From an uncultured Candidatus Saccharibacteria bacterium (GTDB lineage Bacteria; Patescibacteriota; Minisyncoccia; Phycocordibacterales; CAYGLL01), in contig CAYGLL010000012.1 in NCBI GenBank assembly GCA_964350935.1, forward strand, positions 4,159-28,158: 24,000 bases of DNA. The letters are read 5' to 3'. This document shows positions 12,883-20,193 of the stretch, piece by piece. The notes beneath the pieces are model-generated. The model was not told the origin of the DNA. It searched no databases and saw nothing but the letters and a program-made list of their open reading frames with translations. The position numbers and the translations under genes are program-made. Position 1 is the stretch's first letter. Every line of letters begins with the position of its first letter.

Positions 12883-13440
12883 ATGCGAGACACGTTGCAA
12901 AAATATGAGTTCTACTTCAGAAGTGCTGAACGATATGCCGACTTTGACCTCTGTTTATGGCCTGGAGAAATCTGGCTAACAACAGAGCCTCAAAAGATGA
13001 CTTGGCTCGAAGCAATTGAAATCGCAGGACAGCACTCAAATATACGTTTGCCGCATTATGCGGACATCATACAATCGGTCAAAAGCTTGGACGAGAAACC
13101 GGAATTGGTCAAAAAATTCGCCCCCCTCGAGAAGGGCGAGTTCTGGACGATTGGCTCGGAAGGATTTAATGCGCAGACTCCCTACGCATGCTGTGTCCTT
13201 GCATCCCACAAGGAATACGACTCTCATCAGAGTAAATTCGAGAAAAAGTGGGTAAGATTCATCAAACAAGGGGCAGCCGAAACTGCGGAGCAAATCCAAA
13301 AGAAAAACGAGGAAAGGGAAAAAAACATATATGAAGAGGAACTTCACCAGCGCACAGTAAGAATCCTGGGGCTCAACACGCCTGAAGGAAAGGCGAACTT
13401 GGAAACCCACATCAAACTTATGAAAATGAATGGGTTCTAA
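12883..13440 (+). CDS. Hypothetical protein, ORF of ribozyme unit D (185 aa)
   Basis: ATG preceded by AAAGAAATACCT, immediately downstream of hammerhead copy 4; followed by a strong terminator. Confidence 0.7.
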   Translation: MRDTLQKYEFYFRSAERYADFDLCLWPGEIWLTTEPQKMTWLEAIEIAGQHSNIRLPHYADIIQSVKSLDEKPELVKKFAPLEKGEFWTIGSEGFNAQTPYACCVLASHKEYDSHQSKFEKKWVRFIKQGAAETAEQIQKKNEEREKNIYEEELHQRTVRILGLNTPEGKANLETHIKLMKMNGF

Positions 13441-13456
13441 CCTTGTAAAAGCACAT

Positions 13457-13487
13457 CTGGCAAACGAAAGTTTGCCAGTCTTTTATT
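13457..13487 (+). terminator. Rho-independent terminator ending the ribozyme/ORF array
   Basis: CTGGCAAAC-GAAA-GTTTGCCAG-TCTTTTATTT. Confidence 0.88.
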
Positions 13488-13516
13488 TAAAAGCTAAACA
13501 TTGATACAATTTACAC

Positions 13517-14209
13517 ATGAGCATACAACGCGTACTACTAAAATTATCCGGTGAGCAGTTTGCGGGAAAGAGTCAACTTGGGATTGATTCAATTTTTTTA
13601 TCTGAACTCGCAACCGAGCTCAAAGAGGTGGTTTCAAAAAACGGCGCGCAGGTCGTGATTGTAGTTGGCGGCGGCAACTTTTTACGTGGAGCGACACTCG
13701 CTAAAAAAGAACTCTCCATCGAACGATCGACGGCTGACTACATGGGAATGCTTGCGACGATCATAAACGGAATGGCGTTGGTTGATATTCTTGAGAAGAC
13801 GGGGCAACCCGCACGCTTGCAAACGCGTTTGCGCTGCGACAACGTAGCGGAACAATATATCAGACGAAGAGCTATCAGGCATTTGGAAAAGGGCCGCGTC
13901 GTCATAATCGCCGGCGGAACAGGAAATCCTTTCGTGACGACTGATACCGCGGCGGTGTCTGCGGCGCTTGAACTTGATTGCGAATTGGTCCTCAAGGCAA
14001 CAAAAGTTGACGGCGTCTATACGAAAGACCCTAAGAAGTATCCTGACGCGGAGAAAATCCACAAAATATCTTTCCTTGATGTAATGGACAATGCCGCCAT
14101 TTCTCTCGCCATGGATAATAAATTGCCTGTTAGAGTATTCGACTTATTGAGCAAAGGAAATATTGGAAAAATTATTAACGGAGAAGAAATAGGAACTCTC
14201 ATTTCTTAA
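13517..14209 (+). CDS. pyrH: UMP kinase
   Basis: RVLLKLSGEQFAG, VVIVVGGGNFLRGATLA, RSTADYMGMLATIINGMAL, IIAGGTGNPFVTTDTAA, KATKVDGVYTKDP. Confidence 0.96.
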   Translation: MSIQRVLLKLSGEQFAGKSQLGIDSIFLSELATELKEVVSKNGAQVVIVVGGGNFLRGATLAKKELSIERSTADYMGMLATIINGMALVDILEKTGQPARLQTRLRCDNVAEQYIRRRAIRHLEKGRVVIIAGGTGNPFVTTDTAAVSAALELDCELVLKATKVDGVYTKDPKKYPDAEKIHKISFLDVMDNAAISLAMDNKLPVRVFDLLSKGNIGKIINGEEIGTLIS

Positions 14210-14222
14210 CTATAGTGCGCAT

Positions 14223-14735
14223 ATGATTTTAACTCACGACGTAATTTTAAAAGAGATTGCAGCAGGAAATATTAAGATCGAGCCGTTTGATGAAAAACTT
14301 TTGGGTGCGGCTTCGTATGATCTCGCACTCGGCACGAGCCTGCGCGTATTCCACGGCCGGCCCGAATCCTATGATGTCCGTGATGACGCTGACTTCGCCC
14401 ACCTGACCGACCTTATCGAGATGACAGAAAAAGGCTACACGATGAAACCGGGCGAGGCGGTCTTGGGTGTAACCGCAGAAAAAATTACACTCGCGCCGCA
14501 CATCGCTGGTTGGCTCGAGGGCCGCAGCCGCTTTGCACGCATCGGATTAATGGTTCACATCTCATCCCCTTTCATGCAGCCGGGTATTGATAGCCACCAA
14601 GTGCTTGAAATCGCCAATCTCTCCCCCACTCCTCTCACTATTTTCCCCGGCACAAAAATCTGCCAATTCATTTTCCAATACTGTGAAGGTGAGGCCTCAT
14701 ATAAAGGCAGGTTCAGCGGACAAACAAAACCTTGA
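14223..14735 (+). CDS. dcd: dCTP deaminase
   Basis: ASYDLALGTSLRVF, GEAVLGVTAEKITLAPHIAGWLEGRSRFARIGLMVHISSPFMQPG, IFPGTKICQFIF, YKGRFSGQ. Confidence 0.92.
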   Translation: MILTHDVILKEIAAGNIKIEPFDEKLLGAASYDLALGTSLRVFHGRPESYDVRDDADFAHLTDLIEMTEKGYTMKPGEAVLGVTAEKITLAPHIAGWLEGRSRFARIGLMVHISSPFMQPGIDSHQVLEIANLSPTPLTIFPGTKICQFIFQYCEGEASYKGRFSGQTKP

Positions 14736-14759
14736 CATACTTGTAGATCCGTGTAGTTT
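14732..14759 (+). promoter_or_regulatory. Candidate promoter for the Cys/His-rich small protein gene
   Basis: TTGACA - 16 nt - TAGTTT. Confidence 0.5.
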
Positions 14760-14839
14760 GGATTCAGACAAAAAACTCATTCGAATGCGTGCGCCAAAGT
14801 ATTGATGTAACGCGTTCGGCGAAGACGAAAGGAAAACAT

Positions 14840-15058
14840 ATGCCTGGATACCTCATATCCGACGAATGCCACGCCCATCGACACAGCGCCTGCAACAGCA
14901 AGACTCACACGCGTCCTTGCAGCTGTAACTGCCATAATTCAAATCCCAACAGTCCTGGTGACGGCGACGTCCAAAATGATGATGAACTGGTCGTTCGTCG
15001 TGAACGCGAGGATGAACACGTCGGCGGAGACGAAAGTGGCGGTGATGGTGGCGACTAA
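14840..15058 (+). CDS. Small Cys/His-rich protein with acidic tail (72 aa)
   Basis: ATG after GAAAGGAAAACAT; MPGYLISDECHAHRHSACNSKTHTRPCSCNCHNSN...GDGDVQNDDELVVRREREDEHVGGDESGGDGGD; own promoter-like sequence and terminator. Confidence 0.65.
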   Translation: MPGYLISDECHAHRHSACNSKTHTRPCSCNCHNSNPNSPGDGDVQNDDELVVRREREDEHVGGDESGGDGGD

Positions 15059-15075
15059 GATCGATTCTTCAGAGA

Positions 15076-15104
15076 CAAAGGCAAGCCAACGTGGCTTGCC
15101 TTTT
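15076..15104 (+). terminator. Rho-independent terminator
   Basis: AAGGCAAGCCAACGTGGCTTGCCTTTTTT. Confidence 0.88.
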
Positions 15105-15165
15105 TTAGTGCAGACGATAGACTCCGGCACAGAAACAAAGAACAACTTACAGAAAGAACATTGAT

Positions 15166-16482
15166 ATGAAGACCTTGGTAATCGACGGCGGTGCACGTGG
15201 GCACGCGATTGTGTCAGGATTGGCGCGCTCTCCTCTGGTCACAAAAATCTGGTGCGCGCCGGGTAACGCTGGAACAGAAACGGAAAAAATCGGTGGCGGG
15301 TGGTTTTACGCAAACAATGAACAGATCCCCGCACACGATGTCGAGGAGTTGGTAAAGTTTGCACTCGAACACAAGCCCGACCTGACAGTCGTTGGATCCG
15401 AAGTGCCGCTCTCACTTGGGTTGGTCGACCGGTTACAGAAACTCGGCTTAAAGGTATTCGGACCAAGCCAGCGTGCGGCGCTCTTTGAATCGTCAAAGAT
15501 TTTTGCTCACAACTTTATGAAGCGCTGGCGTATTCCCTCTCCTGAAGGACGCGGCTTCGATTGCCCGCGTGAGGCATTGGCGTACGCACACGGACTGTTT
15601 GATGACTACGCAGAGTGCGTTGTCAAAGCTGACGGACTGGCCGCAGGTAAAGGAGCGCGGATATGCTTAAGCCGTGTAGAAGCCCGCGAAGCAATTCGTG
15701 AAAGTATGATCGAAAACAAGTTCGGTGCAGCCGGACATCGCGTACTGATTCAACAAAAAGTGCGTGGCGTAGAATGCTCTGAACATATCCTTTTCGACGG
15801 AACAACCTTGTGTCGGTTTCCAAAATCACACGATTACAAACGTCTACTCGACGATGATGAGGGGCCAATGACCGGGGGTATGGGAGCATATTCACTGGGA
15901 ACACCTGAACCGCTGATCTCAATGACTGGACGACACATTTTGGAGCCATGGCGGGAAGGCTGCGAGGCAGAAGAAATTACCTATCGTGGGCTTCTCTATC
16001 CCGGACTTATGGTTAGCGACCAGAATAGCGAAACTGGATATAATGTCCTCGAGTTCAACTCTCGTTTTGGAGACCCTGAAACTGAGGTCTACATACCTCG
16101 CCTTGAAAGCGATCTCGCCGAACTCTTACTTGCCGTTGTTGAGGGAAATCTCAACAAAATCAACATCTGCTGGTCGAGTGATGCATGCGTCGGCGTTGTC
16201 ATGGCAACCCGCGAGTACCCCAATCCAAGCGTGAGAGGCCATCCGATTACTGGCATCTCAGACGCAAACAAGATCAAAGGTGTGAAAGTCTTCCATGCAA
16301 GTACCTTCTTTTCAGACACCCACGATAAACATAAAGGGTATCATGCCGGCGAAGGACGAGTTCTCGTCGTTACCGGCAAAGGACCGACGCTCGAATCGGC
16401 GCGGCAAACCGCTTACGCTGGAGTTGAATGTATCAAGTTCGAAGGCATGCAGTACCGCAAAAAAATTGCTCTTCTCCAATAG
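15166..16482 (+). CDS. purD: Phosphoribosylamine-glycine ligase (GARS)
   Basis: GGRAHxxA-like start (GGARGHAIV), PDLTVVGSEVPLSLGLVDRL, FGPSQRAALFESSKIFAHNFM, VVKADGLAAGKG, DEGPMTGGMGAYS, YNVLEFNSRFGDPETEVYIPRL. Confidence 0.93.
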   Translation: MKTLVIDGGARGHAIVSGLARSPLVTKIWCAPGNAGTETEKIGGGWFYANNEQIPAHDVEELVKFALEHKPDLTVVGSEVPLSLGLVDRLQKLGLKVFGPSQRAALFESSKIFAHNFMKRWRIPSPEGRGFDCPREALAYAHGLFDDYAECVVKADGLAAGKGARICLSRVEAREAIRESMIENKFGAAGHRVLIQQKVRGVECSEHILFDGTTLCRFPKSHDYKRLLDDDEGPMTGGMGAYSLGTPEPLISMTGRHILEPWREGCEAEEITYRGLLYPGLMVSDQNSETGYNVLEFNSRFGDPETEVYIPRLESDLAELLLAVVEGNLNKINICWSSDACVGVVMATREYPNPSVRGHPITGISDANKIKGVKVFHASTFFSDTHDKHKGYHAGEGRVLVVTGKGPTLESARQTAYAGVECIKFEGMQYRKKIALLQ

Positions 16483-16491
16483 TTGATTTGC

Positions 16492-16523
16492 CCGGCGCGA
16501 AAATCGCGCCGGGCTTTTTCTTT
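16492..16523 (+). terminator. Rho-independent terminator
   Basis: GCCCGGCGCGAAAATCGCGCCGGGCTTTTTCTTTT. Confidence 0.92.
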
Positions 16524-16578
16524 TCCACGCCTTCTGTTAGTATCGCGGGAGAAAAGAACTTCAACAAAAGGAATACAT

Positions 16579-17631
16579 ATGATCTTACGTGGAACTGACT
16601 TCGGCCATGTGTGGCAAGCTTCGGGCAGCACAAACTTCGACGAAAAAGGCTGGTGGTACCACGGACGTGGACTACTTCGCCCTCTCAAACCCCTGATTAA
16701 AATGGCAGGCCTCGACTTTAGAGGCTCGACCTTTGTCAGCAAGACAACCACCCTCAAACCGCGCGAGGGCAACATGCCGCTTAAAGACGACGGAATGACA
16801 CCTGAAGAGTGGATGCCTCGGTGCATTCATGTGAACCGAAAAACACATGCGGCAGTAAATGCCGTTGGTCTTTCGGGACCGGGTCTCGACTTTCTACTCG
16901 AATCGGGTGTGTGGCAAAAGCGGACCGCACCATTTTTCATCTCTTTGATGTCACTCGCGCCAACAGCTCGGGAACGTCTGGCTGAATTGAGTAGTTGCAC
17001 ACTCCGGCTCACAAATGAAAAGGGAAAATTCAAAACACCTTTCGGCATTCAAGTGAACTTCTCGTGCCCCAACGGTGGAATCAACCCAGCGGATTTGATC
17101 AAGGAGGTTAAACCCTGTCTTGATGTTCTCGCTATGCTCGAGGTGCCGATTGCCGCAAAGTTTGGCCCTGACCTTTCGATTGAGGCCGCACTCGAAATTG
17201 AAAAACATCCAGCGCTTGACGCATTCTGTGTCTTCAACACTATTCCCTGGGACAAGCTCCCTGACAATGAGAAAGTACAATACTTCGGCTCAACAACATC
17301 ACCTTTGGTCAAACACCTCGGTGAAAAATTTAAGGGCGGCGTCTCGGGTGAACCTCTGCTGAGACGTGTGATTGACTGGATTGCTGCGGCACGCAAAGCC
17401 GGCCTCAAAAAGCCGGTCAACGGTGGAGGAGGAATTCTTTCTCCCTACGATGCTAAGTGCGTCATGATGGCGGGAGCAAACTCTGTTTCTCTTGGATCAA
17501 TTGCCTTCCTTGCTCCAACACAAGTTGGGCATACCATACGGGAAACAATAATATGGGTACGTGAACAAGAAAGACAACGAGCGCGCATGCGCACAATGAA
17601 ATACGAGGAGCCCACTGAAGCAGAACTCTGA
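16579..17631 (+). CDS. Dihydroorotate dehydrogenase-like flavoprotein
   Basis: AVNAVGLSGPG, GIQVNFSCPNGG, AKFGPDLSIEAA, VNGGGGILSPYDAKCVMMAGANSVSLGSIAFL; start set at ATG after AAAGGAATACAT. Confidence 0.75.
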   Translation: MILRGTDFGHVWQASGSTNFDEKGWWYHGRGLLRPLKPLIKMAGLDFRGSTFVSKTTTLKPREGNMPLKDDGMTPEEWMPRCIHVNRKTHAAVNAVGLSGPGLDFLLESGVWQKRTAPFFISLMSLAPTARERLAELSSCTLRLTNEKGKFKTPFGIQVNFSCPNGGINPADLIKEVKPCLDVLAMLEVPIAAKFGPDLSIEAALEIEKHPALDAFCVFNTIPWDKLPDNEKVQYFGSTTSPLVKHLGEKFKGGVSGEPLLRRVIDWIAAARKAGLKKPVNGGGGILSPYDAKCVMMAGANSVSLGSIAFLAPTQVGHTIRETIIWVREQERQRARMRTMKYEEPTEAEL

Positions 17632-17640
17632 TCACTACGA

Positions 17641-17667
17641 CGGCTCCGCCATGCGGAGCCGTTTTTT
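17641..17667 (+). terminator. Rho-independent terminator
   Basis: CGGCTCCGCCATGCGGAGCCGTTTTTT. Confidence 0.9.
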
Positions 17668-17732
17668 ATTGCCATTTCTCCAAGCTCCCTGTAGTATCGG
17701 ACCAGACCTGAACACAAACAAAGGAATATTCT

Positions 17733-18815
17733 ATGAACTCCAAACGCAAGAAGTCTAAGTCACTCATTTTCACAGTCATCGTCGAAGCCCTGGCAAACAT
17801 TCACTGGCACGGGCGTGAGCTTGGCCAAGTAATGAAAGCTCTCATTCGAGAGGCAAAAAATGGCGGAGCCGATGTGCTCCTGCCAATGCCAAATACTCTG
17901 AAGCCACTCTCGACTGCCGAACAGGTGATCCACTACGTCGGAGAAGCGGAAGATCACCACACTTCTCCGAGAGACTCAGTGCGCTTCATACCAACCGTTA
18001 TGCTGACGGAAAACACCAATCGAGAAGAGCTTGAATTGTGTAAAAAGCACCACATCTCCGACGGGAAAATCTATCCCTTCATGCGCACAACACAGTCCGA
18101 ACACGGCGTTAGGCGATATGGAAAAATCCTTCAGGTAGTGAAATGGTGTGGCGAACTCGGGATCAGAGTGCATGTGCACTTCGAACATCCTGATCCAGTT
18201 TACATTGACCGTGATGCCGAGTACCTTTGTCTGCCGATCGCGCAGATGTTTCTCGAGGAAACTGACGCAACAATCATCTGGGAACACGGCTCTGACAGTC
18301 GCTGTATTGCGGCATGGAAAAAGTTTGCAAAAACCGGGCGCTTCTACGTTACCCTCACTGCGCACCATCTCGCCTCGAATGAGGACAAAGCATCCGGAGA
18401 CATCCGCAAACGCTGTCGTCCGCTTATCAAAACGGAGCTCGATCGTACGGCACTCGTTCAGTTCGTCTCTGAAGATCACTCCTGGGTTATGGCTGGAGGC
18501 GACGACGCGGCACACGATGCGGGGAAAAAGCATGTCCACCACGGGCAATGCGCCTGTGGGGCATTCACGTCGCCATTTCTGCATCAGCTCTACGCACACG
18601 CGCTCTCCCGCCTTTTAGAAAGTAAGCGTGGTGTCCAAACATACGTGAACTTCACGAGTCGTAACGCACGGAGATTGCATGGGTTACCTCCCGCGTCGCG
18701 AATGGTGAAGTTGGTGAAGAAATCTTTCACTATTCCCGACTCCTACAAGATTGGTCCCTGGACGGTTGAACCTTTCGGGGCCAAAGAAACCATCGATTGG
18801 AGCCTCGTGGAATAG
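17733..18815 (+). CDS. pyrC: Dihydroorotase (homodimeric PyrC type)
   Basis: VLLPMPNTLKPLSTAEQVIHY, VRFIPTVMLTENTNREEL, KIYPFMRTTQSEHGV, VHVHFEHPDP, TLTAHHLASN, AGGDDAAHD...KHVHHGQCACGAFTSPF. Confidence 0.85.
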   Translation: MNSKRKKSKSLIFTVIVEALANIHWHGRELGQVMKALIREAKNGGADVLLPMPNTLKPLSTAEQVIHYVGEAEDHHTSPRDSVRFIPTVMLTENTNREELELCKKHHISDGKIYPFMRTTQSEHGVRRYGKILQVVKWCGELGIRVHVHFEHPDPVYIDRDAEYLCLPIAQMFLEETDATIIWEHGSDSRCIAAWKKFAKTGRFYVTLTAHHLASNEDKASGDIRKRCRPLIKTELDRTALVQFVSEDHSWVMAGGDDAAHDAGKKHVHHGQCACGAFTSPFLHQLYAHALSRLLESKRGVQTYVNFTSRNARRLHGLPPASRMVKLVKKSFTIPDSYKIGPWTVEPFGAKETIDWSLVE

Positions 18816-18823
18816 TTCACACA

Positions 18824-18855
18824 CAGCACCCCCGCTTTGCGGGGGTGCTTTTTCT
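18824..18855 (+). terminator. Rho-independent terminator
   Basis: AGCACCCCCGCTTTGCGGGGGTGCTTTTTCTT. Confidence 0.9.
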
Positions 18856-18909
18856 TACCGCAGTAAACCCCGGTCGCAGCGTAGCGGAGGCCGGGGAGGA
18901 GGTCATTGT

Positions 18910-19623
18910 TTAGACGCTGAGCACAAACTTTTCGAGAGCGATATCCATATCAGAGAGTCCGCGACGTACGTTGTGATAAAAAGAAACAAGCTCATGCGCA
19001 AACTTTTCGAGTTCGCCTGATTTAAAATTCGATAAAAAACGTTTGGCATTTCGAAATGGAAAATCCCCCACACCCGCTTCTTTTGGAGTTGCTGCGGAGG
19101 AAACCAAAAGAAGCGTTTTCACCTGCCACCAGATGGTGCCGTGGATCTGTTCGTCAGCAATGCCAGCGCGGCGCGCTTCCTGAAGCAATACCCACAGACC
19201 TTTCTTATCGCGTCGGCCAAACGCATCGGCTAAAGAAAACACGTTGAACGGTCGGCCCTTTGCAACAACTTTGTCTGACTCTACAATTTCCTCGGCCGAT
19301 TTTGTAAATAATTTTAAAATATCTTTCGGGAGTTCGCGTTCAAGAAAGATAAAAACATTACTCGATTCTTGAGCAAGATCAAGTTTCTCGATAAGTTCCT
19401 CGGCAAACACTTTATTGTCACAAACGAAAGAAATAGAAATAATGAAATCTTTTTGAAACAACCCTTGTGCTCCAGCGTACTCATCGATGATGTTCGCGTT
19501 CCAATTCTCATCATTCAATGACACAACCTCAGCCGAGGGTTTCAATTTCAAAACCGCCTCGAGTTTCTTATCTCGCTTCAACGCGCTGGCGGCCACATCT
19601 CGTCCGGTAAAAAGGTAGAGCAT
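18910..19623 (-). CDS. DNA polymerase III delta subunit-like protein (short)
   Basis: MLYLFTGRDVAASALKRDKKLEAV..., FIFLERELPKDILKLFTKSAEEI, AFGRRDKKGLWVLLQEARRAGIADEQIHGTIWWQVKTLLL: HolA-like C-terminal pattern; location upstream of polA. Confidence 0.6.
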   Translation of the reverse strand: MLYLFTGRDVAASALKRDKKLEAVLKLKPSAEVVSLNDENWNANIIDEYAGAQGLFQKDFIISISFVCDNKVFAEELIEKLDLAQESSNVFIFLERELPKDILKLFTKSAEEIVESDKVVAKGRPFNVFSLADAFGRRDKKGLWVLLQEARRAGIADEQIHGTIWWQVKTLLLVSSAATPKEAGVGDFPFRNAKRFLSNFKSGELEKFAHELVSFYHNVRRGLSDMDIALEKFVLSV

Positions 19624-19635
19624 TTTTATATCTTA

Positions 19636-20184
19636 TCACTTTTCTACAATTCCAAACTGATACTCAAAATTCTCATCATTCAAATCTTTAATGGAAAGTA
19701 GGGTCACCACAAAAGTTCGCCCCGACGTTTTTACATCCTGAACTCTTTTATCAAGGATGTTAAAAATAATAAGATCTTTCTCTTCAAATATTTGAGTGTG
19801 GCGCGCTACTCTTCCCCCATTCCGACCGTTTTCATTAGGCATATACTCTTTCCCTAAAATCGAAGGTGTCGCGTTTAGCACCAGTGAAATGTTTTCATTT
19901 GGTTTGAACCCTTTAAAAATATACACATATGGCCTTAAAGTTCCTGAATTATCAAGGTTAATAAAATTAATTTCATGAGGACCATACAAGCGCATGGTCT
20001 GATTACTGGAAAACTTAGGTTGGGATGAAGTGGAAAATATTCTGTCCACAATAACCTCTGGAATCGAAAGCAAAACACCTACGATTATGAGAATTATTAT
20101 CAACGCAACAGCGGCGAGAGTATGAGTCTTTAAATATTGGTACCACCCTACAATTATAGTCCACATTTTTTGTGGTGTTTCCAT
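19636..20184 (-). CDS. Hypothetical membrane-anchored protein
   Basis: TM segment TLAAVALIIILIIVGVLLSIPEVIV near the N-terminus; otherwise unrecognised. Confidence 0.6.
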   Translation of the reverse strand: METPQKMWTIIVGWYQYLKTHTLAAVALIIILIIVGVLLSIPEVIVDRIFSTSSQPKFSSNQTMRLYGPHEINFINLDNSGTLRPYVYIFKGFKPNENISLVLNATPSILGKEYMPNENGRNGGRVARHTQIFEEKDLIIFNILDKRVQDVKTSGRTFVVTLLSIKDLNDENFEYQFGIVEK

Positions 20185-20193
20185 ACTTAGATT

